Of a DNA stretch of 64,000 bases, positions 28,592 through 39,130 are shown piece by piece. The stretch lies in the UHGV virus genome UHGV-0218015; one strand, given 5' to 3'. The stretch comes from a virus. The first letter of the stretch is position 1. Each line of letters opens with the position of its first letter. A program made the translations under genes and the position numbers. The notes below the pieces were generated by a model. It saw only the letters and a list, made by a program, of their open reading frames with translations. It had not been told where the DNA came from and made no database searches.

Positions 28592-30550
28592 ATGTCAGAT
28601 ACTTTAGACCAACGCCCAGGCAATGGGCGTCGTCGGGCTCAGGAAGACGCACCTCATGTCGTCGTGCCCGAGGTTGACTTGTCTACGATGTCCGCCGACG
28701 ATGGGATTATGGCAATCAAGCGCAGTAATCCCCAATTTTCATTCGCTCAAGCAGAAGAGATGTATCACAATCTCGTAAAAGCGAAACCTGCTGAAGAACC
28801 CGTTCTACCTAAACCGGTTTATGAAGAAGAACCTGCTCCGGTAGTGACAATTACCGAGCCAGAACCCGTCGTCGTTGAACCGGTTATTCAGCAAACTGAT
28901 GCTGCCCCTGCCGCACACAAACCTGAGCCTGCGGTAGAAAAGAAAGTCGAAGAACCTTACGTTCCTCAGGCGATTGAAGGTTCGCAGATTGCCGCTGATC
29001 ACGAACCTGAAGCGTCACCGGCAGTGAAAGAACAACCGGCTGAACACCATGTGAATTTCGGTACGCAAGCACCGCACGAAGAGATCAGTGAATTGCCCGA
29101 AGACGACCCAGGTCGAGTTCTGACAGAGTTCAATACACTGATCGGTTTACGTGAAGACCCTAATCTCATCGGTAGCGAGCTGAAGAAATTCTTTTCCAGC
29201 GTTCCGCGTGGTAATGACGGTCGACTCCTGTTTAAATCGGAAGAACAGCGTGACCTGTACGAGCGTTTGTATCGTGCATTGAACATGATGCCGCCGCGTT
29301 TACAAAACCAACAGCAAGCGTTCGATGGTGCATTGTCTCGTGAAGATACCGCCTGGGAACAACGTGTGCAGTTGCCGGGAATGTCTAAGCCGGTTGGCTT
29401 CATTACGCCACGTAACAGCCAGCACACTGGTGCCATTGCGGCACTTCGTCGTCGCCGTAAGTCAGGTATCCCTAACTGGGTATGGTTACCCGCAACGGGC
29501 ATCTTCGTAGGTTTCCGCGCACCGTTAGAACGCGAAATCTGTGATTTTGATATTCAGCTGACCCTGGAAACTGCAAAAATCGGTATGCAGACTTACGGTC
29601 TGATGCTATCTGCGTCTTCGGGTATCTATTTAAGCCATATGGTTGAATTTGCGTTACGCTTCGTCACCGACTGCACGTTGGATTGCGAAGGGAACGACAT
29701 GAAGACTGTGTTGTTGGATACTATCGATCTTGCGGATTATTGGCTGTTGCTGATTGGCGTGATGCAAGCGAAATATCCGGGTGGTTTGCCGTGGACGTTA
29801 ATCTGTGGCCATGAGGGTTGCGGCTATCAGGAAGACATTCGTCTGAACCTGGCTCGTTGTATCCGCATGGGTACATCACTTTACACCGATATGCAGCGTA
29901 GCCTGTGGGTCCAGCAGCGTGGTAAAGAAGACGTTACGATCAGTCGTTTGGAACAACGTAAGTTTGTTGAAGAACATCTGAAAGATCCGTCTGCGACATT
30001 CGTAAGCGATGGTATTACCGTTAAATTCGGCCGTTCGACGTTAGGCAAGTTCTTTGACAATACGGAACGTTGGGTCGAAGAGAACAACACCGCGTCTACA
30101 TCTGCGTTGGCTGAGAAAGGTACCGAACGTGAGCGTGAAGATCATCTCCGTCTCATTACCGAAGCACGTCGCCTAACACGTTATGCGTATATGGTGGAAT
30201 CCATTACAGTAACTGAAGAAGTTGTGCAGGACGATGAAGTTCGTGAGGTAAGCACCACAGAAACGGATACCGATAAGATTATCCAGATTCTGGAGGAGCT
30301 GTCTTCCGATCGTCATTATGTGTATGAGTTTGAGGCGGCTGCGGCGAACTATAACGAACGTAGTCGTTTGGCGGTGTTCGGATATATGGGACAGAAATGT
30401 CCGTCGTGCGGCAAAACGCATGAAGGCGAGAAAGAAGGCACTTACCGTGGTATCGTGACGATCTCACCGGACCGCGTTTTTTTCGAGCTATCTCGAGTGG
30501 TGTCCGAGATTCAGCGGTATCTGAGGGATCAATACGCCGTTATTGGCTAG
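28592..30550 (+). CDS. hypothetical protein (652 aa)
   Basis: Pro/Glu/Val-rich N-terminal region; Cys clusters CGHEGC and CPSCGK. Confidence 0.5.
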   Translation: MSDTLDQRPGNGRRRAQEDAPHVVVPEVDLSTMSADDGIMAIKRSNPQFSFAQAEEMYHNLVKAKPAEEPVLPKPVYEEEPAPVVTITEPEPVVVEPVIQQTDAAPAAHKPEPAVEKKVEEPYVPQAIEGSQIAADHEPEASPAVKEQPAEHHVNFGTQAPHEEISELPEDDPGRVLTEFNTLIGLREDPNLIGSELKKFFSSVPRGNDGRLLFKSEEQRDLYERLYRALNMMPPRLQNQQQAFDGALSREDTAWEQRVQLPGMSKPVGFITPRNSQHTGAIAALRRRRKSGIPNWVWLPATGIFVGFRAPLEREICDFDIQLTLETAKIGMQTYGLMLSASSGIYLSHMVEFALRFVTDCTLDCEGNDMKTVLLDTIDLADYWLLLIGVMQAKYPGGLPWTLICGHEGCGYQEDIRLNLARCIRMGTSLYTDMQRSLWVQQRGKEDVTISRLEQRKFVEEHLKDPSATFVSDGITVKFGRSTLGKFFDNTERWVEENNTASTSALAEKGTEREREDHLRLITEARRLTRYAYMVESITVTEEVVQDDEVREVSTTETDTDKIIQILEELSSDRHYVYEFEAAAANYNERSRLAVFGYMGQKCPSCGKTHEGEKEGTYRGIVTISPDRVFFELSRVVSEIQRYLRDQYAVIG

Positions 30551-30666
30551 ACCCGAACGAGATTCCTTCGGATCACGTCATTAATACGCTTAAGCTTGAT
30601 ACCACCTCACTGTTCAAACAACGTAGCACGCGCCCGATAACTTATCAGGAAGCCCACGATGAGCTT

Positions 30667-30972
30667 TTGGGTGCGTACGATTTATCGGTCGGACTAGACA
30701 CCGGGACGAGACATGTTGGCTTATCAGATTTCGAAAACCCCGAATATGGGAGTCTGTATGAAATCTGGATGGAAGTGTATCTGCGCGAGCAGATAGGTGA
30801 GCATTTCAGAATGACCTTCGACGAGTGGTTAAATCGACCACGGTGGGAGATTTTGATGATGCTCCGTGTGCTTAATCGTCGTAAAGCTGCGATTAAGAAA
30901 GTCATGAGTGACGTTACTGCCGGTGATCCAGAGCTACAAGGTTTGGAGAAAGAACTTAAGCTGAAAAATTAA
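30667..30972 (+). CDS. hypothetical protein (101 aa)
   Basis: ORF followed by strong terminator. Confidence 0.4.
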   Translation: MGAYDLSVGLDTGTRHVGLSDFENPEYGSLYEIWMEVYLREQIGEHFRMTFDEWLNRPRWEILMMLRVLNRRKAAIKKVMSDVTAGDPELQGLEKELKLKN

Positions 30973-31018
30973 GTATAAGGGAGTCTTTACGACTCCCTTA
31001 GCTTTTTCTTTTTTTTTT
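30966..31018 (+). terminator. intrinsic terminator
   Basis: aagggagtc ttta cgactccctt followed by long T-run. Confidence 0.65.
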
Positions 31019-31041
31019 CGCTTTGGTATGAACCCCTTGTA

Positions 31042-31908
31042 TTGGAAAAGGCTATGATTGACATTTATACCGATTACGCCGCCGTTCTTACCGTCAATCG
31101 TGCGGAAGAACGTGCTGCGCCTTTCCTGGACTTAGTAACGCTGTGCATGGATTACGGTTACGATGTTGCGTTAAGCGATGTGTATTGGCAACCGTCGTCT
31201 GATCCTGCCGACGAAACCGTAAGACTGGAAGGGATTATTGTAAAATGCGCAGTGGCGTTAGGTAACCGTTTAGGCGTTGCTTTAAACCCACAAGAAGTTT
31301 TCCGTAAACCGAAAGAGACCGTACGTATTCTAGACGGCATTACGTCTAAATTCGAAGAGTTCGAAGACACCGATACGTTATACGGTCTCGTGATGTCTGG
31401 AGAAACGCCAGAGTTTATCCTGGAAAGTATCTGCCGTTACGTGTACGGCGACGATAATATCCATTTTGAAGATTTGGTCATTCGTGTTTCACCCCGTGTA
31501 ATGACAGTGATGCGTAATTATCTCTCAGCTATGGTTGTGGATGAGCAACTCGCTGTAGGTAACGATGTACGTCTGACGCGTATTGCAGAATACTTGCGTC
31601 TTTATCCGCAAAATCCCTCTGCGTTCGTATTCTTAAACTTACCTGAAGATCCTGATTTGACGGTTGTCCAACAATCGTTAGTCTTTGACGTCGAGGATTA
31701 CAGCGAAACAGAATTGCTCGAGATGTATACGGTAGGACTTTCGATTATCGATAACGATGACTTCGATGACGCGTATGCTGATCTTTCGACGAACTTAGAG
31801 AAACTTAATAATGATGGGTTACAACCCATTACTGTTTTACAACCCGCATTAAAAAGCCTACGGGTAATTTATCGGGTTGAGGAGGCAGAGCACGATGACG
31901 AGGTTTGA
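31042..31908 (+). CDS. hypothetical protein (288 aa)
   Basis: ORF. Confidence 0.5.
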   Translation: MEKAMIDIYTDYAAVLTVNRAEERAAPFLDLVTLCMDYGYDVALSDVYWQPSSDPADETVRLEGIIVKCAVALGNRLGVALNPQEVFRKPKETVRILDGITSKFEEFEDTDTLYGLVMSGETPEFILESICRYVYGDDNIHFEDLVIRVSPRVMTVMRNYLSAMVVDEQLAVGNDVRLTRIAEYLRLYPQNPSAFVFLNLPEDPDLTVVQQSLVFDVEDYSETELLEMYTVGLSIIDNDDFDDAYADLSTNLEKLNNDGLQPITVLQPALKSLRVIYRVEEAEHDDEV

Positions 31909-33196
31909 GTTCTTAGTAGCGGCATGTAAAGCCGAAGCATGGCGTCGCTTGGTCTGGCGTATTGCTATCTTTAACATGTCGGTGTTTCCAACTGGGCGTG
32001 AAGAACCCGAAGCGTTTGATATTACGTACATTGACGGCTTACCGCATTATTACGCTGTAGAAGACGGCAAGGGCAGTTGGGAACCGATTACCGATGGTGT
32101 AAAGGATCAGGAGCTGTTTATTCCTGAAGAACAGTTCGAACTCCGTCCCGACGACTATCCCGGTTTAGAAGGTCCTATCCCCACGACAGTAGGACGATAC
32201 GTTTTTAACTGGATTGTTATCTGGTATGCTTTCGGTACACGTTTACCCTATCTGGCGATTTCACAAAACCCGTTGGAATACCGCAAAGAGATGCATCGGC
32301 GTTGTTTAGACCATGAATCCGATGAGCCAGAAAACGAAGGTGCGATTCGACCGAGTATGATCGAACGCTTCGTAAGCGGCTTACACGAACTCGCTCCACT
32401 CACGTCAGGTATTGCACCAACCGGTACGTTACGAAGCCTTACGGTGCATCCTGATGCGTATAAAATCCGCGATGCGTTGCTGTTGAAGCACAAGGATGAA
32501 TTAGACGATCCTGCCGTTATCGTTAAGATTGAAAAAGCGTTGGATGAGTTAGACAAAGAGTGGTTGTCAGGTGACCAATCTATTGAGTTTTATAACTCGC
32601 CGAAATCACGGATGCGTCGACGTAAATTAATGCTGATGTACGGTATTGAATCGTCTTTTCAGGAAGGGGGGCATTATACGCTCATTCCGAACGCGTTAGT
32701 TGAGGTTGATAAGGCGGGGATGGAAAACCTGGTTGCGAAATTCAACTCTATTCGTGAAGGTTCATTCTCTCGTGGTGCGGAAACAGCGAAAGGGGGTGAG
32801 CAGGTACGTATTATCCAGATGATTTTCCAGAACCACCGAATCGTCCCTGGCGACTGCGGAACGAAACTAACGTACCCGGTTGTGATTACCGAAGATAACG
32901 TAAAACGTTACGTTGGGATGAATGCGATGGTTAATGGTAAACTGACACCACTGTCTGAAGAATATTTAAAGCAGCAGTTAGGTAAGGTGGTGCGGTTACG
33001 CCGACCCATCTTATGTCAGTATGGCCACATCGACACCTGCACAGCGTGTTCGTCTGCGAATAAAGGGGAAGAACCTCGTGCAATCGCTGCGGATATATCC
33101 TCGGCGTTCTCTAACGTTATGTCCGTGGCAATGGCCGCGATGCACGGTAAAGAGACTGTGGTACACGAATTTAATCCATCGATCCACATTACGTAA
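31895..33196 (+). CDS. hypothetical protein
   Basis: ORF 31877..33196; start moved to ATG 31895 with GAGGAGG RBS. Confidence 0.5.
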   Translation: MTRFEFLVAACKAEAWRRLVWRIAIFNMSVFPTGREEPEAFDITYIDGLPHYYAVEDGKGSWEPITDGVKDQELFIPEEQFELRPDDYPGLEGPIPTTVGRYVFNWIVIWYAFGTRLPYLAISQNPLEYRKEMHRRCLDHESDEPENEGAIRPSMIERFVSGLHELAPLTSGIAPTGTLRSLTVHPDAYKIRDALLLKHKDELDDPAVIVKIEKALDELDKEWLSGDQSIEFYNSPKSRMRRRKLMLMYGIESSFQEGGHYTLIPNALVEVDKAGMENLVAKFNSIREGSFSRGAETAKGGEQVRIIQMIFQNHRIVPGDCGTKLTYPVVITEDNVKRYVGMNAMVNGKLTPLSEEYLKQQLGKVVRLRRPILCQYGHIDTCTACSSANKGEEPRAIAADISSAFSNVMSVAMAAMHGKETVVHEFNPSIHIT

Positions 33197-33209
33197 GGAT
33201 TATTAGCCA

Positions 33210-33719
33210 ATGGCAACTAAAGATATTTCGACACAAGACGAGCGTCCGTCAGCTGTAAGACGTGCTGAGGAAAATGCGGTAAATTACAGCCAAGATGACG
33301 CGTACCAGGTGCGACTTATTGCTACCCAGCTCGATGAGGCTGGCGCGGCAATTAGCCAAAATAAACCGAAAGATACTCCAGAAGCTGACGATGCTTTCCG
33401 TAAGCTGCATCAATCGTTCCGTTCGTTATTTGAACTACGCGGTCAGGCGTTCGTTGATGCTTTCAACGTGTTCGTTGAAGCTGCAATTAAACACAAGCGC
33501 GGTATCTTCTACTATCCGAATGTGAACTACCATTTAGATTGGTTTTACGATTCCGCCGAACGTGAAACATACGTCGTGTTCATCAATATGTTAGTACGTT
33601 TCGCAAATTCCCAGGATAAAGCAAACTTCGCTCAGCGTGACAACGTTGGTCGTTTGGTACAACGTGTGACCGATCCAGAGCTGCAACACTTACTGGCTTA
33701 CTGCTTCAACGCGGCATAA
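33210..33719 (+). CDS. hypothetical protein (169 aa)
   Basis: ORF followed by bidirectional terminator. Confidence 0.5.
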   Translation: MATKDISTQDERPSAVRRAEENAVNYSQDDAYQVRLIATQLDEAGAAISQNKPKDTPEADDAFRKLHQSFRSLFELRGQAFVDAFNVFVEAAIKHKRGIFYYPNVNYHLDWFYDSAERETYVVFINMLVRFANSQDKANFAQRDNVGRLVQRVTDPELQHLLAYCFNAA

Positions 33720-33724
33720 AAGTA

Positions 33725-33768
33725 TTACCCTACTCCCGATGGGAGTAGGGTAACGTTTATTTTTTTTT
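33725..33768. terminator. bidirectional hairpin terminator (repeat family copy 1)
   Basis: ttaccctactcc ... ggagtagggtaa plus T-run; same 12-bp stem as 39087..39114. Confidence 0.65.
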
Positions 33769-35548
33769 ACTTTGCGGCTTTGATGTATTCAAAAGGATCG
33801 GTAATTGCTTCTCCTTGTCGACGTAGAAAAGCTTCTAAGACGTCGTTTTTATCGGGCAATAGGAAGAAATCTGTCGCGATCTCCATTGCGTTAACGCGAC
33901 CTGCAGTAAGGTTAATACCGACGCGACGCCGTACTTCTTCAGGAACACCGTGAATGCTTAATAACTCGATTAACGTCGTCTCACGAGACTGGTTCATCAT
34001 GTTTGTTGCGGATGGGTATGCCTGGGTTAAGTCAGCATCTGCGGTTTGACCACGGAAAGCCGTGTAGAAATCATCAACCTCCTTGATGATGTTTCGTAGG
34101 CCATTCTCTGCGTTCATACACGCGGTCAATGTAACAATCCAACCGTCTGTCCCAATGACTTCATTGTCAAAATCGTTACGCATCGCGCTACCCACACAGC
34201 CGATAACCAGACCTTGTTCGTAGAGGTAGTACGTGTACGCAATACAGATTCGCTTCGGCAGAGAAGGGAAGATATCGTACATCGAATAACCTGCCAACAC
34301 TGAAATAGCAGAAGACAGATCGTTCGTCTTTTTATCAAGCAGAACAATCATCAGGTTATCGAAGATGTTATAAACGCAGTATTCTAACGGGAAATCTTTC
34401 TGTGCCTTTAAGTGCCATTCCAATTTTTCCTCGTAGGGTAAATCCGGTAAGTCTAACTTGTTTAAACCCAACTCGGTTTCCAGTATCGCGTTAAGTTTGT
34501 AAGAAGGACGTTGCCCTTCGTGTACACGCAATGAACGGAATAGACACATCGCATCTACACAGTAGAATGACGCCGTACAATAAAGAATGTGCCACTGCTG
34601 CGAAGGTGCTTTTGTTAGTGACTTTGATTCCGTTTTCTTCGATGCTTCGTCTTTCTTAAAGTAGACACGACGGTACTGTTTCGGCACGTCTGGATGACAG
34701 AAGACGTCTTCCGGTGGAATGCCCGCTGCTTCTAAAGCTTCTAACATACGTGAAATATCGAACTCGTGGTTCCATGCGACGAGTAAGTCAGGGAGACGAG
34801 GGTGGATTTCCTCAAACATACGTTGAATACAACAACCCGAATTGAGACATTCGTAAACGAAGATTTTGTAACCGTCGATAACGTTTTTGTATTTAACGAT
34901 AGGATTGTCGTTCTCGTCTTTTCCACGAAAAGCGATTTTAGAAAGCAAATCCTGAGCACGATTGACGAGTCGCGCTTCAAAGTTTTCACGTCCGCAGCGT
35001 GTGACGTAGTCTTTCGTAGCAAAGAAATGAATCTCGTCGTCTAAAACAAAACTCATAATCCAGGGGTCTCGAGATTTGTCTTCTTCTCGAGTTTCCACGT
35101 CGTATACACAGATGCGGTTGGGTGAAACAGCATTAGGCCATTTACGCATGTACTTTTCTTTAATCCAGCTCGTAATGGGCAAATCGGCCCAGTAAACAAA
35201 CGGTGAAGTACAAACTTGGCGGAGCGGTTTCTTTTTGTCGGGAAAACGAATCCCCAAACCCATCTGTATGGTTGAGGACATCATTACATCCGTTGTTAAA
35301 TATTCCTGACACTTACTACGTTCCTCGTATTCCTTCTTTTCCTTGTGGTTACGATGTTGTGGTAAAGTAATGTAGATGGGACGTTTCAGATTTTCACGCA
35401 TGACAATTCGTGGGATATATCTGCCATCTTTAGTATGGACGACCTCCTTTATGAGCACGAAGTCGTTTTCTTTCTGCTGATCGGTTGCGTAAGAAACAAA
35501 CTTGCACTCCTTGGCAATAACGTCTTCCGGTGCGTAATAGTTATTCAT
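33767..35548 (-). CDS. family-B-type 3'-5' exonuclease domain protein (putative DNA polymerase N-terminal/exonuclease subunit)
   Basis: Exo I CVYDVETRE, Exo II AWNHEFDISRM, Exo III YCVDAMCL; start taken at Met 35548 (RBS), ORF open to 35662. Confidence 0.55.
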   Translation of the reverse strand: MNNYYAPEDVIAKECKFVSYATDQQKENDFVLIKEVVHTKDGRYIPRIVMRENLKRPIYITLPQHRNHKEKKEYEERSKCQEYLTTDVMMSSTIQMGLGIRFPDKKKPLRQVCTSPFVYWADLPITSWIKEKYMRKWPNAVSPNRICVYDVETREEDKSRDPWIMSFVLDDEIHFFATKDYVTRCGRENFEARLVNRAQDLLSKIAFRGKDENDNPIVKYKNVIDGYKIFVYECLNSGCCIQRMFEEIHPRLPDLLVAWNHEFDISRMLEALEAAGIPPEDVFCHPDVPKQYRRVYFKKDEASKKTESKSLTKAPSQQWHILYCTASFYCVDAMCLFRSLRVHEGQRPSYKLNAILETELGLNKLDLPDLPYEEKLEWHLKAQKDFPLEYCVYNIFDNLMIVLLDKKTNDLSSAISVLAGYSMYDIFPSLPKRICIAYTYYLYEQGLVIGCVGSAMRNDFDNEVIGTDGWIVTLTACMNAENGLRNIIKEVDDFYTAFRGQTADADLTQAYPSATNMMNQSRETTLIELLSIHGVPEEVRRRVGINLTAGRVNAMEIATDFFLLPDKNDVLEAFLRRQGEAITDPFEYIKAAK

Positions 35549-35619
35549 GATTTCACTCTCAAATCTAGCGGCTGCTATACTGATTTGTGGGTAATGTAAT
35601 TTCTCAAAAGGAAACACAA

Positions 35620-36954
35620 ATGGGATATTGGCAAAATCACATTGCATCAGTTGCGGATGCAAAGGTTGTAGCCGCAGAATCGATTAAATTCCAAGACAAA
35701 AAGAAGCTGGCAGAATTGGCTGATGTTATTGCTAAGTTTCGTGGGGCAGGCGATTTCAGTCCTGCGGGCTACGAAAGTGCCGGGGTTTCGGATTGGGTAT
35801 TTAAGAATATCGGCATTACGATTCACTTTAAGAACGGTGGCGAACTGGGTCTTGCTGACGTCGCTTTTGCAGGTGTAGAACCACCGAAATTGGATGCAAA
35901 CAGCCCAATCATCGCGTCGATGACTCGCGCACTGTACGCAGGTAACAAAGACCTGGATATGTACAGTAAGTTCATCAAAGAAAACGAACTAAACACAACA
36001 ATCGATGACAGCAGTGCAAGAATCAGTGGTGACCTAAGCAAAGTAGGTTCTCCGCTTTACCTTACCCCGGTGCTGCTGGAAAAACTAAACTTGACCGATC
36101 TGGAGATCGCTTCGGTGATTCTTCACGAGGTGGGGCACATCTACTATTATTTCCGTACGCTGATGCGCACTGTAGTGACTGATTTGCTGGCAGATGCTGC
36201 GGCTAACCGCATTATGGAAACGGAAGACCAAACTGTCCGCCTGCGTATCGTTAAAGACGTGGAAAAGATGCTGAACACGAAAGTGAATCAGCCGGAAACG
36301 ATTTGTACTGAGTACAAAAAAGAAAACGTCTATATGCACCTAGTCACACAGCTGTTATTAGATCGTCCGTACATTAGCGGCAGTCAAGGCTTTGCTAACA
36401 GGACATGGGAACGTGCTGCGGATGATTTTGCTTCCCGCTTTGGCGGCGCTCCTTATCTGGCCTCGGCACTGTATAAAATGGAAACCAGTCCGTTCTATTT
36501 GCTGCGGAACTCAGCGTATATGAACATGGGTGTCCATTTGACACTGGAGCTTTTCCGCGTGACTGCGCTGATAGTTTCTTCTACGATTCCAATTATTCCG
36601 GTGATCTCTGTGACGTTCGGAATGATCTTAAATGACCCGGATAACACCATTTACGATCCGCCGCAGCAGCGTTTTGAGGCGATGCGTCGTACACTCGTTG
36701 AAGAACTCAATACGATTAAAGACAAGAATACGAAAGCTGCTAACGAACAACGTAAACGTATTCTGGATGGTATTGCGGTTATCGACAAGCTGTTAGAAAC
36801 GGTAAAAGACAAAGATAATCTGTATCAGTTTATCTGGAATACCTTGACGCCGAAGGGTCGTCGTTCACGTGCTGCTGTGGACTATCAGCGTGCAATCGGG
36901 AAGTACATGTCGAATGACCTTCGTATTGCTTCAGCCATGTTTAATGTCGAATAA
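35620..36954 (+). CDS. putative HExxH zinc metallopeptidase-like protein
   Basis: VILHEVGHIY motif; start at ATG 35620 with AAAGGA RBS (ORF open from 35587). Confidence 0.4.
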   Translation: MGYWQNHIASVADAKVVAAESIKFQDKKKLAELADVIAKFRGAGDFSPAGYESAGVSDWVFKNIGITIHFKNGGELGLADVAFAGVEPPKLDANSPIIASMTRALYAGNKDLDMYSKFIKENELNTTIDDSSARISGDLSKVGSPLYLTPVLLEKLNLTDLEIASVILHEVGHIYYYFRTLMRTVVTDLLADAAANRIMETEDQTVRLRIVKDVEKMLNTKVNQPETICTEYKKENVYMHLVTQLLLDRPYISGSQGFANRTWERAADDFASRFGGAPYLASALYKMETSPFYLLRNSAYMNMGVHLTLELFRVTALIVSSTIPIIPVISVTFGMILNDPDNTIYDPPQQRFEAMRRTLVEELNTIKDKNTKAANEQRKRILDGIAVIDKLLETVKDKDNLYQFIWNTLTPKGRRSRAAVDYQRAIGKYMSNDLRIASAMFNVE

Positions 36955-36968
36955 GTAAAGGTAAAATC

Positions 36969-37412
36969 ATGACGCATAAAGTTTCTTTAAACTCCTTAGT
37001 TCTGGACTTTAAACGTACGAACGAGGGTAAGGGAGTACAGGCACAACGTGCTCTGACTGGCCTGGTTGCATTCACACTGGCGTATAACGCCGATATGCCC
37101 GATAATGGACCGCTGGGAGCGAATGAGGTAGCACAACTTAAACTTCGTCCGCTGATGAAAAACGTTGTGTCCGATGTGAATGAACTCTATTGTGTCGACC
37201 TGGGCAGCATCGAAGATTTGACCGTTGGGCTATTCTGTAACCGTTACGACAGTGCTTGGGGCGGTCGTCGCGCTATTGAGAATTTCTCTGTTCGTGAGAT
37301 TTTCAATGAAGCGCTGGGCGATGATGTATGGGATACCGTTAACCTGTGGCTGGAACGCTTCATGGAAACGGTGAAATTCTATATGGATGAAACGCGAGGC
37401 AAACTGGTATGA
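36969..37412 (+). CDS. hypothetical protein (147 aa)
   Basis: ORF. Confidence 0.5.
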   Translation: MTHKVSLNSLVLDFKRTNEGKGVQAQRALTGLVAFTLAYNADMPDNGPLGANEVAQLKLRPLMKNVVSDVNELYCVDLGSIEDLTVGLFCNRYDSAWGGRRAIENFSVREIFNEALGDDVWDTVNLWLERFMETVKFYMDETRGKLV

Positions 37413-39079
37413 GCATGGAGATGATGGCAAACATTGCGCAACCGCAGTGGAAACTCGATGAACTTCCTGCGTTATTAGAACAACGTATGGAAGAACGAAT
37501 CGATTCTGTTAGCCAACTCAATCTCTACATGCAGCGTAATGAAGCAGACCTGATCTACGGTTCTCGTCTTATCGCACAGATTGAAGCGATTCTGCGTGAA
37601 ATCCGTAAAGCAGGATTGAACCGTGATGTTGCTGTAGCGACTGAATCTTTGCGTCCTGGCACGATCCCGAAGGCTGTACAAAGTGTACTGACGTCGAATT
37701 ATTCCAAAACACACCAGAAAGAAACGGTGGTGGCATTAGAGTCTTACGCTAATTTCGGTAAGATTAGCCTTATCGTGATGGTGATGATGGGGATAATGAA
37801 AATCCTCAGTTGGATTATCAGCAACGCTGTTCCTTTTGCGGGCGCTGCGAACATTGACGGGAACGACTATCGCGAGAAACTGGAAGAGAAGTTGGCCGAT
37901 CTTCCTTTCACAGAGCGCTTGAAAACTACTGTACTGAAAGAAGTTTATCTGGTACTGTCAAAAGGTTTGAAAGACAGCGAGTTAAGCAACCTGGAGTTAT
38001 CTCTTTCACTGGCCGACGATGTTTTCGTGAACATGGAAGCTGAAGAGTTTCTAAATAAACTCGCCGCCGCGTTAGGGAAATCGCCGTTTATCGATACGTT
38101 TAAGAACCACCTTAAACGACGTCAGAATGAGCTGCAGGTTATTCAGGATCTGCTAGATACGCTGCTACGGACGAACATCGGTTACGGTGTATTTGATTTC
38201 GGGGTTGCTGAGGAAGTCTATAACGGTTTGCCGCCTGATGTGAAACGTGCTGGTGTGAACATTCCGTCAGATACCCAGTTCAACCTAATGAGCATGATTC
38301 TTGACAGTTTTGCTCGTGCGCTTCAGGACTTAGACCAGTCGCTGAAAGATATCAAAACTTACTACCTGTCAAATAACCCGAAGGTAGGCACGTCGCAAGA
38401 GAACCAAGTTGCTGCGGTGCATCTGGTCCGTGCGTTAGGTGAGATCAACGGCCGAATTGAATTTACTGCCACGGAGTTCGGTCGACAGAAAGGTAGCCCG
38501 GGCCCAATTTTGCGTGTAAAAGACAAGGTTGAGCTTCTCGGTTATACCACACGTGAATTAGACAACGGTTGGATGATTGCATCAGTCGGTGTTAACTCTT
38601 TCTTTGGCTCCACAACAAACCTGGAGATGATGCGCCAGGAGTTGAGCTTAAGTAACGGCGACTATCGTGAGCTGTTAGCATGTCTGATTACGCTGGCACG
38701 TAGTGGTATCTCGGACGGTGTGGCGAATACTGCGCTGGACAAGTATAAAGTGTTGGAAAAACGTGTCGATCAGGTTGTAAAAACGCTGAAAGAGATGGCG
38801 CGTCAGTCACGTTCTGGTGTTGACACTGAGAAATGGCAGGCGATGGAACAGGCGTTTAAAGACCAGGTGACGCGAAGGGAAAATTTTAACATTCACGGTC
38901 GTGAATTGACCACGATGATGGTGTTAAACCCTGACCGTAATGTCTGGGATTCTGTTGCGCATAGTGCAAATATGATTAACATGTGGTGCAAGGCTGCAGG
39001 GTCTATGGCAACGGTGTTGAAACGCGCCAAGTCCAACCCACTTGTAAAAGGCGGGAAGTTCAATAAATTAGTTGATTAA
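37409..39079 (+). CDS. hypothetical protein (556 aa)
   Basis: ATGA overlap with upstream gene. Confidence 0.5.
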   Translation: MSMEMMANIAQPQWKLDELPALLEQRMEERIDSVSQLNLYMQRNEADLIYGSRLIAQIEAILREIRKAGLNRDVAVATESLRPGTIPKAVQSVLTSNYSKTHQKETVVALESYANFGKISLIVMVMMGIMKILSWIISNAVPFAGAANIDGNDYREKLEEKLADLPFTERLKTTVLKEVYLVLSKGLKDSELSNLELSLSLADDVFVNMEAEEFLNKLAAALGKSPFIDTFKNHLKRRQNELQVIQDLLDTLLRTNIGYGVFDFGVAEEVYNGLPPDVKRAGVNIPSDTQFNLMSMILDSFARALQDLDQSLKDIKTYYLSNNPKVGTSQENQVAAVHLVRALGEINGRIEFTATEFGRQKGSPGPILRVKDKVELLGYTTRELDNGWMIASVGVNSFFGSTTNLEMMRQELSLSNGDYRELLACLITLARSGISDGVANTALDKYKVLEKRVDQVVKTLKEMARQSRSGVDTEKWQAMEQAFKDQVTRRENFNIHGRELTTMMVLNPDRNVWDSVAHSANMINMWCKAAGSMATVLKRAKSNPLVKGGKFNKLVD

Positions 39080-39086
39080 AAAAAGA

Positions 39087-39130
39087 TTACCCTACTCCCG
39101 GAGGAGTAGGGTAACTTTTATTATTTTTTC
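39087..39130. terminator. bidirectional hairpin terminator (repeat family copy 2)
   Basis: ttaccctactcc cgga ggagtagggtaa plus T-rich tract. Confidence 0.65.
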
